Both the position numbers and the translations under genes were made by a program. A stretch of 64,000 nucleotides of DNA from the NCBI GenBank assembly GCA_964473825.1, contig CAYYQL010000001.1, forward strand, positions 160,001 to 224,000. Reading direction: 5' to 3'. Each line of letters starts with the position of its first letter. Positions within the stretch are counted from its first letter, which is position 1. Below, in pieces: positions 19,391-28,667 of this stretch. The DNA is from an uncultured archaeon (lineage in GTDB: Archaea > Asgardarchaeota > Thorarchaeia > Thorarchaeales > Thorarchaeaceae). The notes beneath the pieces were generated by a model. The model saw only the letters and a program-made list of their open reading frames with translations. It had not been told where the DNA came from and made no database searches.

Positions 19391-19711
19391 CTATTCTTTT
19401 CTTTCAGCCCTACGAATATGAAACACCACTGGCCTTGCTGCATCTGGACAGGCATGAACGATGACACCATCTTTTGCCCAAGGATACTGGAAACCAACTC
19501 TCATAGGATGAATCTTGTGCATCATCGTGACCAGCGCACTATAGCAAATCACGCCTTCTATCTCGGCCTCTTTGAAGAGTATCTTGTCACCGGGCTTGTA
19601 ATATCTACACGGGCCTTTTCCGCCTGTATCCTCACCGTCCAGTCCATGCACTGACACAACTTCGGCAACAATTTCGTGCGTTTCATAAGGAGTTTTATAT
19701 TCTTTAGCCAT
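19391..19711 (-). CDS. Small Cys-containing protein, TIGR04076-like
   Basis: GPC..YKPGD, IC..AL, CPD...PVVFHIRR pattern. Confidence 0.7.
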   Translation of the reverse strand: MAKEYKTPYETHEIVAEVVSVHGLDGEDTGGKGPCRYYKPGDKILFKEAEIEGVICYSALVTMMHKIHPMRVGFQYPWAKDGVIVHACPDAARPVVFHIRRAERKE

Positions 19712-19758
19712 TAACGGACACCTTCGTGAATATACGAAAATATAGAAAAAACATGCAT

Positions 19759-20628
19759 TTATTTCTCTCTATCCTTCTTGATTCTTGAGAAATCCTCGGC
19801 AAGCATTCCAAGCTTGTACATGCAGGCAAGATGATTGCGGCATTGACGACAACCTTGCACGCATTCTTCAAGGCTTTCTGATGTTCCACTGACTATTGCT
19901 CCTTTGATAGAAACTATGGTATCAAGGATAGCTCTGACTTCATCTTCAGGTCCATCAATAACCATCGTAGTTGATCCTTCAGCTCCCTGGATGCCTCCCG
20001 CCCCAATGACGGTAACTCCGACATCTGCAAGAGTGGAGATGGCTTCCAATTCAGTGAATATTTCTCCAGTCAGTGGAATCAGGCCAACTGATGAACCCAA
20101 CGCAATGTCAATCGACTCTCGACCCGAGGCAAGGATGGCCTGCCTAATGGTCCCGGGGATCATCTTCTCCAGACCTACTGCAATTATCACCTTGCAGCCT
20201 TGACTAGAGAATCCACCCATAGCGCGACCAGGATAGTGCCCAAGAGGAGCTGCTGCCATCATAGCAGCGTTCCCGTCAGCATCGATTGCGTTTGCACTTG
20301 TGATAATAATGTCGTTTCGGCCTAGACCCCCGGTGATTTCTTCGATGCCTGTATCCGCATCTCGAACGGAACCTCTATCAATAAGAACACAATGCGACTG
20401 GTTATGTTTCTCAAGTGCGTTCTTAGTGCCCCTCGGTGTTATTCGCCCACCAATTCTCAGACTAGACCCGATGAGTTCCTCCGCAATAGCAGAAACCGTC
20501 GTCCCGCCTTTGAGGAGGATGCGACCTTGTTCAAGTGCGCTCTTGACATCAGTTCTGGATGTGATCCCTTTTGCTATAATCCTCTTAGCTTCCGAAACCG
20601 TCAGACTGACTTGTGCTTTCATTGACAC
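19759..20628 (-). CDS. Conserved hypothetical protein with C-terminal four-Cys cluster
   Basis: LTVSEAKRIIAKG, GGTT, SANAID, VGLEKMIP, GAGGIQGAEG; ends CVQGCRQCRNHLAC. Confidence 0.8.
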   Translation of the reverse strand: MSMKAQVSLTVSEAKRIIAKGITSRTDVKSALEQGRILLKGGTTVSAIAEELIGSSLRIGGRITPRGTKNALEKHNQSHCVLIDRGSVRDADTGIEEITGGLGRNDIIITSANAIDADGNAAMMAAAPLGHYPGRAMGGFSSQGCKVIIAVGLEKMIPGTIRQAILASGRESIDIALGSSVGLIPLTGEIFTELEAISTLADVGVTVIGAGGIQGAEGSTTMVIDGPEDEVRAILDTIVSIKGAIVSGTSESLEECVQGCRQCRNHLACMYKLGMLAEDFSRIKKDREK

Positions 20629-20646
20629 TCAATTCCCTAATTGGGA

Positions 20647-21630
20647 TTATTCAATCCACTCAGCCACTCTTGCTATCGTAAGAATGTTATTGCCCGGATA
20701 AGCAACCGGGAGTACAGGGACTCCCAAGACCATGCCATCTTGAGGCGCCAAGACCTTCTCTAGCTCGTTGCCGAAGAGGTCATAGATTGTCACCATATGA
20801 TCGCCTTTCTTGACTTCAGTACGGATTCTACACTTTTCGGTAGGCATCATGATTCCTCCATATCTACACCGCACATTCGCTCCTTCAAGAATCCCCCATC
20901 GCTCTGGAGACACAACATCTCCCTCAATAATCCCCGCAGATCTCATGATGTTTTTCATCGCGTCCACAAAGGCACGGACATTTCTCATAAGAGCATCGGG
21001 GAGCCTGTTACTTGAACCACCGAGCTCGGCAATTACGCAGGGAATTCCTCTTTCAGCGCATTCATTTAGCAGCGTCCCCGGATGATGGCTCTGATGCAGA
21101 TAAGTCCACTCTGGGCCCATTGCCTTTGCCAGCTGTATCGACTTTGGATCTTTGCTGACCATGACGCGGTTCGCAAGGTAAAAGAGATTCCCGCCCCCAT
21201 GTAACGAAACGACGTAGTCTGCCTTGGATACTACCTTTGAAACATAAGCATGGATAATCCTCTGCGAGACTGATCCGCTCTCGTTACCCGGAAAGAGGCG
21301 ATTCATGTCATAGTTGTATCTTTCATCCGGATTTCCCCTTGTAGACGACTCGTATGCTCGAGTATTCAGAGCAGGAACCACGATGACCTTTCCTTTAATA
21401 GTACTAGTGCGCAACTCCGTCACCAGACGAACAGCAGCAAGTGTGCCCTCCGCCTCATCACCGTGACAGCAGGCCTCAACCAAGAAGACAGGTCCCGGTT
21501 CTTGCCCACACAGGATGTTGATAGGAATGCCAAGTGGTGAGCCATCTGACCGAGTCGATACTTCTAACCATCCAGATTCAACAATGTCGCGTTTTTCCAG
21601 AATATCATCAATATCAGAGAATATCTTCAT
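20647..21630 (-). CDS. Succinylglutamate desuccinylase/aspartoacylase (M14, AstE/AspA/DoeB-type) deacylase
   Basis: HGDE, DMNRLFPG, LHGGG, AELGG; C-terminal biotinyl-like domain (VKKGD...APQDG). Confidence 0.88.
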   Translation of the reverse strand: MKIFSDIDDILEKRDIVESGWLEVSTRSDGSPLGIPINILCGQEPGPVFLVEACCHGDEAEGTLAAVRLVTELRTSTIKGKVIVVPALNTRAYESSTRGNPDERYNYDMNRLFPGNESGSVSQRIIHAYVSKVVSKADYVVSLHGGGNLFYLANRVMVSKDPKSIQLAKAMGPEWTYLHQSHHPGTLLNECAERGIPCVIAELGGSSNRLPDALMRNVRAFVDAMKNIMRSAGIIEGDVVSPERWGILEGANVRCRYGGIMMPTEKCRIRTEVKKGDHMVTIYDLFGNELEKVLAPQDGMVLGVPVLPVAYPGNNILTIARVAEWIE

Positions 21631-21662
21631 TTTGACCAGCCAATGGATGATTATGTATGCAA

Positions 21663-21670
21663 TATATAAA
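21663..21670 (-). promoter_or_regulatory. Candidate TATA box (TTTATATA) for the deacylase operon
   Basis: About 33 bp upstream of the ATG at 21630 on the minus strand. Confidence 0.5.
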
Positions 21671-21828
21671 CGTGTTTTCTTTATCCTCTGGGAAACAGCA
21701 TGCCCGTCGAATATTTCTCAACGTGTTATTGAAGAAGAACTCTTCATTGAATGAAATGGAGAGTGATGGATTGTTTGACCAATCATTTCCCGTACAGTGG
21801 TGCGCTACAGTATATCCGGTCTTATGCT

Positions 21829-23253
21829 CTACCCAGATTCTCCAAAACACTGAATGACTGAAGCGATGAGCTTCTCGTAGCCTGCCAACCCCTGGATATC
21901 ACCATATCCCTCAACAACGAAGAACTCATTGCTTCCATGAGTGTGGCCCCCGAGACCCACACAACCTGTGGCAAATGGAAGATTAAGTGGAGGTTGATTG
22001 AAGACATAGATGGGAATCGTAGCTAGTGAGCTGGGCCAGACTTGAGCGTGAACATCAATACTCTCATACGCCTGAATCAAGGATCTCGCGATGTCTTCAT
22101 CTACTGAGGTCCGACATGTTTCGACACTTGCCAATTCTTCAATAACAATCCCGTCGAAACCGTGCGATGAAAGGTGTTTCTCGATCAGCTTTCGAGTTCT
22201 TGTAGGGCTTTGGCTTGGGATTAGCCGCATGTCAAGCTTGGCCCTTGCTTCGGATGGAACTACCGCTTCCGCGCCTTCGTTTATGTAACCACCCCAGATC
22301 CCATCTATGTTGATCTGCGATGTGAAGAAGAGTCGTTTCAGCAAATTCAAAGGCTCTATTTCATCATCTATGAGATTAGCTACTCCCAGACCTTCTTTGT
22401 AGGAGTCAACATCGAAATCTTCAGCCAAGTTTTCTACCAGTTCCATGAAGGTTGCATCAGGAGGAACAATATCATCTCCGAAGCCATCAATTACTACCTC
22501 ATTGCCATTCTCGTTCGTCATGGATGCTAGTGCGTGAACCAGATGCCATACTGGATTGTCTACTGCTGCTCTATGCATGCTGTGAATCTCATCATCCGGA
22601 CCTCTATGCCATGTACCGCTTGAGCAGCTCAGCTCAAGGTATGAAACCCCCTTATAGCCAAGCTGAACCCGTGCCACTCCCTTAGAATTTTGAGAAGAGA
22701 AAGGCATGTAGAGAGCATCCGCATTCTTCAGATTCTCCGTGTAATCTGCAACAAAAGACGGGAGATTCGGACTGAACATCTCTTCTTCGCCATCAATAAC
22801 GACCATGATGTTTACGGGAAAATCGTCGGAAACACTCTGAATACTCGAGATGGCATTTAGGATGCCGGTCACCTTCATCTTGTTGTTGACGCCTCTAGCA
22901 ACCAAACACTTACCCAATCCGGGTTTCTCGACAATTTCGCCGCCGTATGGAGGGAAATGCCACTTCTCCTCTTCTACAGGATTACTATCATATGCACCGT
23001 ATAGCAAGAGGGTCTTATCAGGACTAATCGAGGAGGAATATTCACCGTAAACAGTTGGATTTCCTTCTGGATTGTAGAGTTCAACAATGTGAAATCCGAT
23101 TTCGACCATCCACTGGCTGATAAACCGGGCACACTCTCGTGTGCCACGACCTTCAACTGAAACACTTGGATGCTTGACAAAGTCCTGCAAGCCCTTAAGA
23201 TGAACATCGCTGTGACTATCGATATACGCATGAATTTCTTCCAATAATGGCAT
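21829..23253 (-). CDS. M20/M25/M40 family metallo-hydrolase homologue
   Basis: PSVS, GNPTVYG, YD..P..W..PP, GEEE, INIDGIWGGY, H..NE; ATG at 23253 preferred. Confidence 0.88.
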   Translation of the reverse strand: MPLLEEIHAYIDSHSDVHLKGLQDFVKHPSVSVEGRGTRECARFISQWMVEIGFHIVELYNPEGNPTVYGEYSSSISPDKTLLLYGAYDSNPVEEEKWHFPPYGGEIVEKPGLGKCLVARGVNNKMKVTGILNAISSIQSVSDDFPVNIMVVIDGEEEMFSPNLPSFVADYTENLKNADALYMPFSSQNSKGVARVQLGYKGVSYLELSCSSGTWHRGPDDEIHSMHRAAVDNPVWHLVHALASMTNENGNEVVIDGFGDDIVPPDATFMELVENLAEDFDVDSYKEGLGVANLIDDEIEPLNLLKRLFFTSQINIDGIWGGYINEGAEAVVPSEARAKLDMRLIPSQSPTRTRKLIEKHLSSHGFDGIVIEELASVETCRTSVDEDIARSLIQAYESIDVHAQVWPSSLATIPIYVFNQPPLNLPFATGCVGLGGHTHGSNEFFVVEGYGDIQGLAGYEKLIASVIQCFGESG

Positions 23254-23330
23254 TAATATCCCGACAGAAAGAAGCAACCACCCATTATTTGTTATTTTCG
23301 AATTGCGCGGCATGCAGACTCCTAGTTGAA

Positions 23331-24530
23331 TTAAGAGTGGAGAACATCTACTTGCTTCGTATCCCTTGTGATTGCGAGAGCTGCAATTGCGGCAGTAACC
23401 ATCAGTACTGCTGCTATCTTGAAGATTGATGGGATTCCGAGAATAGTTGCTAGAATTCCTGCAACTACAGATCCAAACCCTGAACCAATATTGAACATTG
23501 TGGATAAGTAGGCCGCTGAAACACTTCTGGCTCCTGGCTCTGAATGTTCAGCAAGCATAGTGTATTCGGCAACGACTCGGAGACCAATCATTACACCAAA
23601 CATAGCCATCAACACTGCCAATACTATGAAATCCGTCATCTCAGAGATAAGGTAGTAGATAGCAGAAAGCGAAAAGAACGCCACAACAATACACCATCTA
23701 TAGTCCGTCCTGTTCAGCATCTTCCCAACCGGAAGTCTCACCGCCATATCTGTTGCACTCCTCACACCAAAAAGCAACGCCACGAGAGCAGCCGGGATCA
23801 GGAGAGAATTCTCTGCGTGGATAATGAAGAAGGTTATGAAAAATGCATAGGTGATTGCGTAGGCCAGACGGAGATAGGAGAGCAATAGCATATCTCTCGA
23901 CCTCAATATGTTAGTCATAGAAGAAGCAAGACTCGGACGTTCTTCGCCACCCGTTGGCTTCCTCAGATACTCGCCGTTTCGAGCGACAATCAGAAGCACC
24001 AAACCTATCAGAGGAACAATCGCTGCCACTTGAAATATCTGAGCATAGTCCATCATAGTTAGAAGAAAGGAACAAAGAAAGCTCCCGAGCATCGAAGCGA
24101 CGCCGTATGATGTCAAGAAGGCCCCCATGGTTTCACTCTCGCGGCCGCGAGGAGCAAGATTTTGAGATATAGCAACTGCAACAGGTACTACTGGTGCGAT
24201 AATGACTGCATGAATGATCTGGATGGCGTAGAACGCGTCTGTAGTAGATGCAATCGAGTACATCCATTGAACTATGCTCTGGCCCACTGCTGCCAGACCC
24301 AGTATATTCTTAGCAGGAATTGCCTCGGAGAACGCACCCAGTGGAATCTTCGCAATCATCAATCCAAACGAGAGCAATCCTATGACAAGGCCTAACTCGA
24401 CAGGAGATGCTCCAATCCTAGTGACGTGTAATGGGAGAATGGGACGGGTTGTTTCGACAGCAAGGAAGACTGTTACTGACGTAACAATGAGCACATAGAA
24501 CTCTGATGGATAGGTTCTTTCACTCACCAT
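23331..24530 (-). CDS. MFS transporter (paralogue A)
   Basis: About 12 hydrophobic segments; PILPLHV..IGAS, APRGRESETMG. Confidence 0.9.
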   Translation of the reverse strand: MVSERTYPSEFYVLIVTSVTVFLAVETTRPILPLHVTRIGASPVELGLVIGLLSFGLMIAKIPLGAFSEAIPAKNILGLAAVGQSIVQWMYSIASTTDAFYAIQIIHAVIIAPVVPVAVAISQNLAPRGRESETMGAFLTSYGVASMLGSFLCSFLLTMMDYAQIFQVAAIVPLIGLVLLIVARNGEYLRKPTGGEERPSLASSMTNILRSRDMLLLSYLRLAYAITYAFFITFFIIHAENSLLIPAALVALLFGVRSATDMAVRLPVGKMLNRTDYRWCIVVAFFSLSAIYYLISEMTDFIVLAVLMAMFGVMIGLRVVAEYTMLAEHSEPGARSVSAAYLSTMFNIGSGFGSVVAGILATILGIPSIFKIAAVLMVTAAIAALAITRDTKQVDVLHS

Positions 24531-24875
24531 AGAACATCATGTCTCCCACGATTATTGCAAATCCGAGCGAATTTTCCATATATTCGGGAAATAAACCTTC
24601 ATATAAAAACCGGTATTCGCCACAGTTCCAGCCAGTCTTTCGGGAACTTAAGATGATTCAAACAATGAATGCCTGAAGAGGAAACATCACAAGTTGCCTC
24701 GAACGCCTGTCTAAGGCAAATTCTGTACCGAGTGGTTCAACTCGCGCGAAGAGTATCGCGAGAGAACTCAGATTATGTATCATATCTTCCACGTGGAATT
24801 TTTTTTGCGAATATTCATCGGAATGGCAAGGGAATATCAGAGAATATATTAAGGTGAATCATTGTATTTTAAAAT

Positions 24876-26339
24876 ATGCCAGGCAATAATAAGTTCAGGA
24901 TGTATCAGTATCTTCAGAAACACAAGTCTGAAATAATGTCAGATATAGCAGCGAAGTCGGATGAGGTGAAGGTACCAAAGGATCAGTACGGCAAAATCGG
25001 GATGGGCGGGGGTTCTGGAACGCCACCTACCATCGCGGATAACATTCTAGAAGCGATGCACAAGGCCAGCAAGGAAGTAGTATCGCTTGTTACCTATATT
25101 GATAGAGTCCGAGACATGGTCAAGGACTTCTACGGAGACGATTATGATGCCACCGTTATGAGTACGGCTGAAGCTGCGCTCTGGGTCTCGTTTGAGGCTC
25201 TTGTGACACCACCCACACTGGGGAGAGGAAGCTCATACAGAGCAGCATACATCGCACCCTATGAAAGACATTTACATCATCAGGGAGGATATGGACGGCC
25301 ATTCCCACCCAAATACAAGGAGCTGTTCAGTGATCGTGGTGTTACGTCAGGAGAACTCGGTTTATCTGGAAAGAGACTATCCAATCTGGATTCTCTCATT
25401 GTGCCTCTTGAGGGAGCTCGTTACCCCGCTCACGGCATTAAGTATCATCCTGTACCCATTCTCACAGAGGTTGACCCCGATGCTTCAGCTGAGAGAATGA
25501 GAACAGTTGCAGAGAGACATATTGACCGTCTGGCAGCCTTCACATCTTTGGGGTATGACACAATCGGTTATGGATACAACATAAAGGACAAAGACGGAAC
25601 CCCAATGCTTCAGAAACTCATTGGAGAACTCGCAATGAAGTACGATGTGCCCTATATTTGTGATAATGCAAGGGGCACCCCGTTCTTGGGAACAGATCCT
25701 AGAAAGAACAATGCAGATGTCATGATGTACAGCATGGACAAAGCTGCAGGAGGACCAACATGCGGTCTCATTCTCGGAAAGGAAGATGTGATGGTTCCTG
25801 TCCGGAAGGCAATGGGAGTCCACGGAGCACGCGAGGGCACATCCTCATCATTTGGAAAAGCCGCGTACGTCATGGCTGATCCAGGAAAGGAGGCTCTAGC
25901 GGCAGTAGTGGTGGCCCTTGAGAATATTATCGAAAGGGGTGATGTGATGGAAGAGAATGTCAAACAGATGCACAAGACGGTCAAAGAGGTGACCTCAGAA
26001 TCCAATCTCATGAAGCAGGATGGTTGGAGAATCACACCCACGATAAACGGAATGGCAGTTGAAATCAACTATGCAGATACCTGGAAGGGCAGCGATTGGG
26101 GAATGCCCATATTCAGCATTGAGGATATGTATGCTGCCAGCAACTTGATACAGAGGGGAACGCCTCAGCTAGGAATTCGACCGCCATTGTGCTATGACGG
26201 AAACCTATTCTTAGTGATGGGACAGGCTAATCTAGATTCGGAAGGACGACTGCTTCCAGATGTGGTTGAGCTCTGTGTGAGGGGTTTGGTCGCAACGCTT
26301 GAAACTATAGCCGAGTGGGCCAGCAAGATGGAGAAGTAG
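24876..26339 (+). CDS. Fold-type I PLP-dependent enzyme, distantly SelA/DgaE-like
   Basis: A.KYDVPYICDNA, ADVMMYSMDKAAGGPTCGLILGK (PLP Lys motif). Confidence 0.75.
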   Translation: MPGNNKFRMYQYLQKHKSEIMSDIAAKSDEVKVPKDQYGKIGMGGGSGTPPTIADNILEAMHKASKEVVSLVTYIDRVRDMVKDFYGDDYDATVMSTAEAALWVSFEALVTPPTLGRGSSYRAAYIAPYERHLHHQGGYGRPFPPKYKELFSDRGVTSGELGLSGKRLSNLDSLIVPLEGARYPAHGIKYHPVPILTEVDPDASAERMRTVAERHIDRLAAFTSLGYDTIGYGYNIKDKDGTPMLQKLIGELAMKYDVPYICDNARGTPFLGTDPRKNNADVMMYSMDKAAGGPTCGLILGKEDVMVPVRKAMGVHGAREGTSSSFGKAAYVMADPGKEALAAVVVALENIIERGDVMEENVKQMHKTVKEVTSESNLMKQDGWRITPTINGMAVEINYADTWKGSDWGMPIFSIEDMYAASNLIQRGTPQLGIRPPLCYDGNLFLVMGQANLDSEGRLLPDVVELCVRGLVATLETIAEWASKMEK

Positions 26340-26372
26340 GTAACAAACGACCAAAAAAGGTGACTACAGAAG

Positions 26373-27443
26373 ATGGATTACAAGGAAAGCATGCTAGAAG
26401 TCATTGGAAACACTCCTCTACTCAAACTCAACAGAGTTGGCAAGGACGTTCCCGCAAACGTATTCGTAAAACTCGAACATCTCAATCCCAGTGGAAGCTA
26501 TAAAGACAGAATGGCACTATCCATGATTGAAGCCGCTGAGAGGGGCGACACTTGGAACGGAAAGAAGCTTGAACCAGGCGGCACTGTCTGTGACGCGTCT
26601 GCCGGAAATACAGCTCCTGCCCTAGCATTTGTCTGTGCCATGAAAGGCTACAAAATCAAACTCTGTACTTATGCTCACTTCCTTCACTCAGGCGACAAGA
26701 ACATGAGCGCTAGGCTAAAAATCAGCTCGGCCTTCGGGGCAAATCACTATCCTTGCCCGTTGCCGTGCGACGAAGTACTCGATGCGTTTGAAACAGACAA
26801 GGAACGCAGATTTGCGGTCATAATCGCCGGTAAGCATCACATGTATGAGATGGAACGTGATAATCCTGACGTTGTCTGGGTAGACCAGATCTACAACGAT
26901 GCAAACTGGAAGGGCCAGATGCCTATGGGCGAGGAGATTCACACCCAACTCGAGGGTAAGATCGACGCGTGGGGAGCCTCTGTGGGTTCTGGAGCAACAT
27001 TTCTAGGTGTTGCAACGGCCCTCAAGAACCATGGTGTAGAACCATATACATTCGGTGTAGTTCCTGACGAAGGAACAAGTCTTGTAGATATCAGCACCGA
27101 TATCATGGATAGCACGACCATGGGCCGACCCCCGCTCCGCATGAAGATCTGTGAGATGCTCGGACTTGATAAATGGGTAACAGAAGACTCGATTGTTGAG
27201 AAGATGTACAAGAGAGGTTATCCGGATGAATGGTTCGGAGTGACACAGGATGATGCTCGAAATATGGCCAACAGGCTATGCAAGGAGGAAGGCATCTATT
27301 GTGGTATGTCGTCAGGAGCAAACGTTCACGCAGCGCTGCAAATAGCTGAACGACTTGATGAGGGACAGAATATTGTGACCGTCATTGTCGATCGCCGTGA
27401 CAGATACATGGACGAGTATCCAGAGGACAAGTACGTGGTCTAG
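26373..27443 (+). CDS. Cysteine synthase family (fold-type II PLP) enzyme, divergent
   Basis: IGNTPL, KLEHLNPSGSYKDR, AGNT, EEGIYCGMSSGA, IVTVIVDRRDRY. Confidence 0.88.
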   Translation: MDYKESMLEVIGNTPLLKLNRVGKDVPANVFVKLEHLNPSGSYKDRMALSMIEAAERGDTWNGKKLEPGGTVCDASAGNTAPALAFVCAMKGYKIKLCTYAHFLHSGDKNMSARLKISSAFGANHYPCPLPCDEVLDAFETDKERRFAVIIAGKHHMYEMERDNPDVVWVDQIYNDANWKGQMPMGEEIHTQLEGKIDAWGASVGSGATFLGVATALKNHGVEPYTFGVVPDEGTSLVDISTDIMDSTTMGRPPLRMKICEMLGLDKWVTEDSIVEKMYKRGYPDEWFGVTQDDARNMANRLCKEEGIYCGMSSGANVHAALQIAERLDEGQNIVTVIVDRRDRYMDEYPEDKYVV

Positions 27444-27497
27444 ATGATGCTCGCCGATACTTTCAAACTAAAGGAGATGTAAAAAACGCCAATCAAT

Positions 27498-28655
27498 ATG
27501 GAAAGAGCTAAGGGAATCATGAAGGAGAGGAATCTGGATGCACTCCTTGCTTCCTCCCCTGAGAATTTCTTCTACGCAGGTGACCTCTATATTCCGTTCA
27601 TAGACCGTTTTCGCGGGTTCTCTAGCGGATTCGGACAGTTCGTGCTGTTACCCCTTAACGGAGATCCCGTGTTATGCGTGACAGCCCTTGATGCAGATCT
27701 GGCCAAAGTGGTTTCACCCATTAAAGACCAGAGATTCACAAAGACATGGGCTTACTTCAAGAGGGAAGAAGGTGATGAAATCGATGTCTACGAGAACACG
27801 GTTGTGGCACTTGAAGACGTTCTGAAAGAGAAAGGGCTCATGAAGGCGAGAATTGGCATCGAAGAGAAAACACTCCCTATCGTTGACTACCGTAAGATTG
27901 TAGAGAAACTGCCAGATGCCAAGTTTGAGAATGCATCCAAGACCTTCTTAGACATAAGGGCGGTCAAAATCCAGGAGGAAGTCGACCGCATAAAGAGAGC
28001 CTGCGAAATCTCCGAAAAGGGATTCGAGGCTGCCTTCTCGGTGGCGAAAGAAGGAGCCACAGAAGCGGACTTCTTGGGAGCATTCCAGCTTGAAATCACC
28101 AAGCAAGGTGGTTACATGCACAAGGGCCTGATTCATCAGAATCTCACCATCGGAAAGGAATCTGCAACAGTCAGAAGGGGTTGGCCTCTGGAGCACAAAT
28201 TGAAGAAAGGAGATGTTATGAGGTTTGATGGGGGCGCCATATATTACGGCTATCGTTGTGATTTCGCTCGCTGTCGTGTACTGGGGAAGCCTTCTGAAAA
28301 AATTCTGAAACTATACAATGCCCTCACTGAGGCAGAGAAGCGTATCATCGACATGATAGAGCCTGGCGTCAAGTTCTCAGACCTCTTTAAGACCGGAATT
28401 AAGACAGTCCGAGAGATGGGATATCCCGACTTCGAACGGTCCCATCTCGGCCACGGACTCGGTCTGATAACAGAGGAAGAACCTCTAGTGAATCCCAACA
28501 ACGACATCGAGCTTGAGGAGAACATGGTCCTCTCTATAGAGGTCCCATACTACTGGACTGGGGTTGCAGGGTTCAACGTTGAAGATGTAGTCCATGTCAC
28601 TTCTGGTGGCCATGACATATTCACGCCCAATCTCCATCGAGGACTGGAACTCTAG
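27498..28655 (+). CDS. M24 (Xaa-Pro peptidase/creatinase fold) family hydrolase
   Basis: Metal ligands in FDGG..GYRCD, GHGLG, SIEVP, VEDVV. Confidence 0.9.
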   Translation: MERAKGIMKERNLDALLASSPENFFYAGDLYIPFIDRFRGFSSGFGQFVLLPLNGDPVLCVTALDADLAKVVSPIKDQRFTKTWAYFKREEGDEIDVYENTVVALEDVLKEKGLMKARIGIEEKTLPIVDYRKIVEKLPDAKFENASKTFLDIRAVKIQEEVDRIKRACEISEKGFEAAFSVAKEGATEADFLGAFQLEITKQGGYMHKGLIHQNLTIGKESATVRRGWPLEHKLKKGDVMRFDGGAIYYGYRCDFARCRVLGKPSEKILKLYNALTEAEKRIIDMIEPGVKFSDLFKTGIKTVREMGYPDFERSHLGHGLGLITEEEPLVNPNNDIELEENMVLSIEVPYYWTGVAGFNVEDVVHVTSGGHDIFTPNLHRGLEL

Positions 28656-28667
28656 GAGTGCTAAGCC

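Noticed and set aside
24876-26339. True selenocysteine synthase (SelA/SepSecS)
   Set aside because: Only the PLP-lysine region resembles SelA; no selB, selD, pstK or tRNA-Sec in the window
3507-28655. Calling the island a canonical ectoine degradation (doe/eut) cluster
   Set aside because: The M24 protein keeps a full metal site, no semialdehyde dehydrogenase, cyclodeaminase or ectoine-type transporter is present, and many extra enzymes are unexplained; kept only as an analogy
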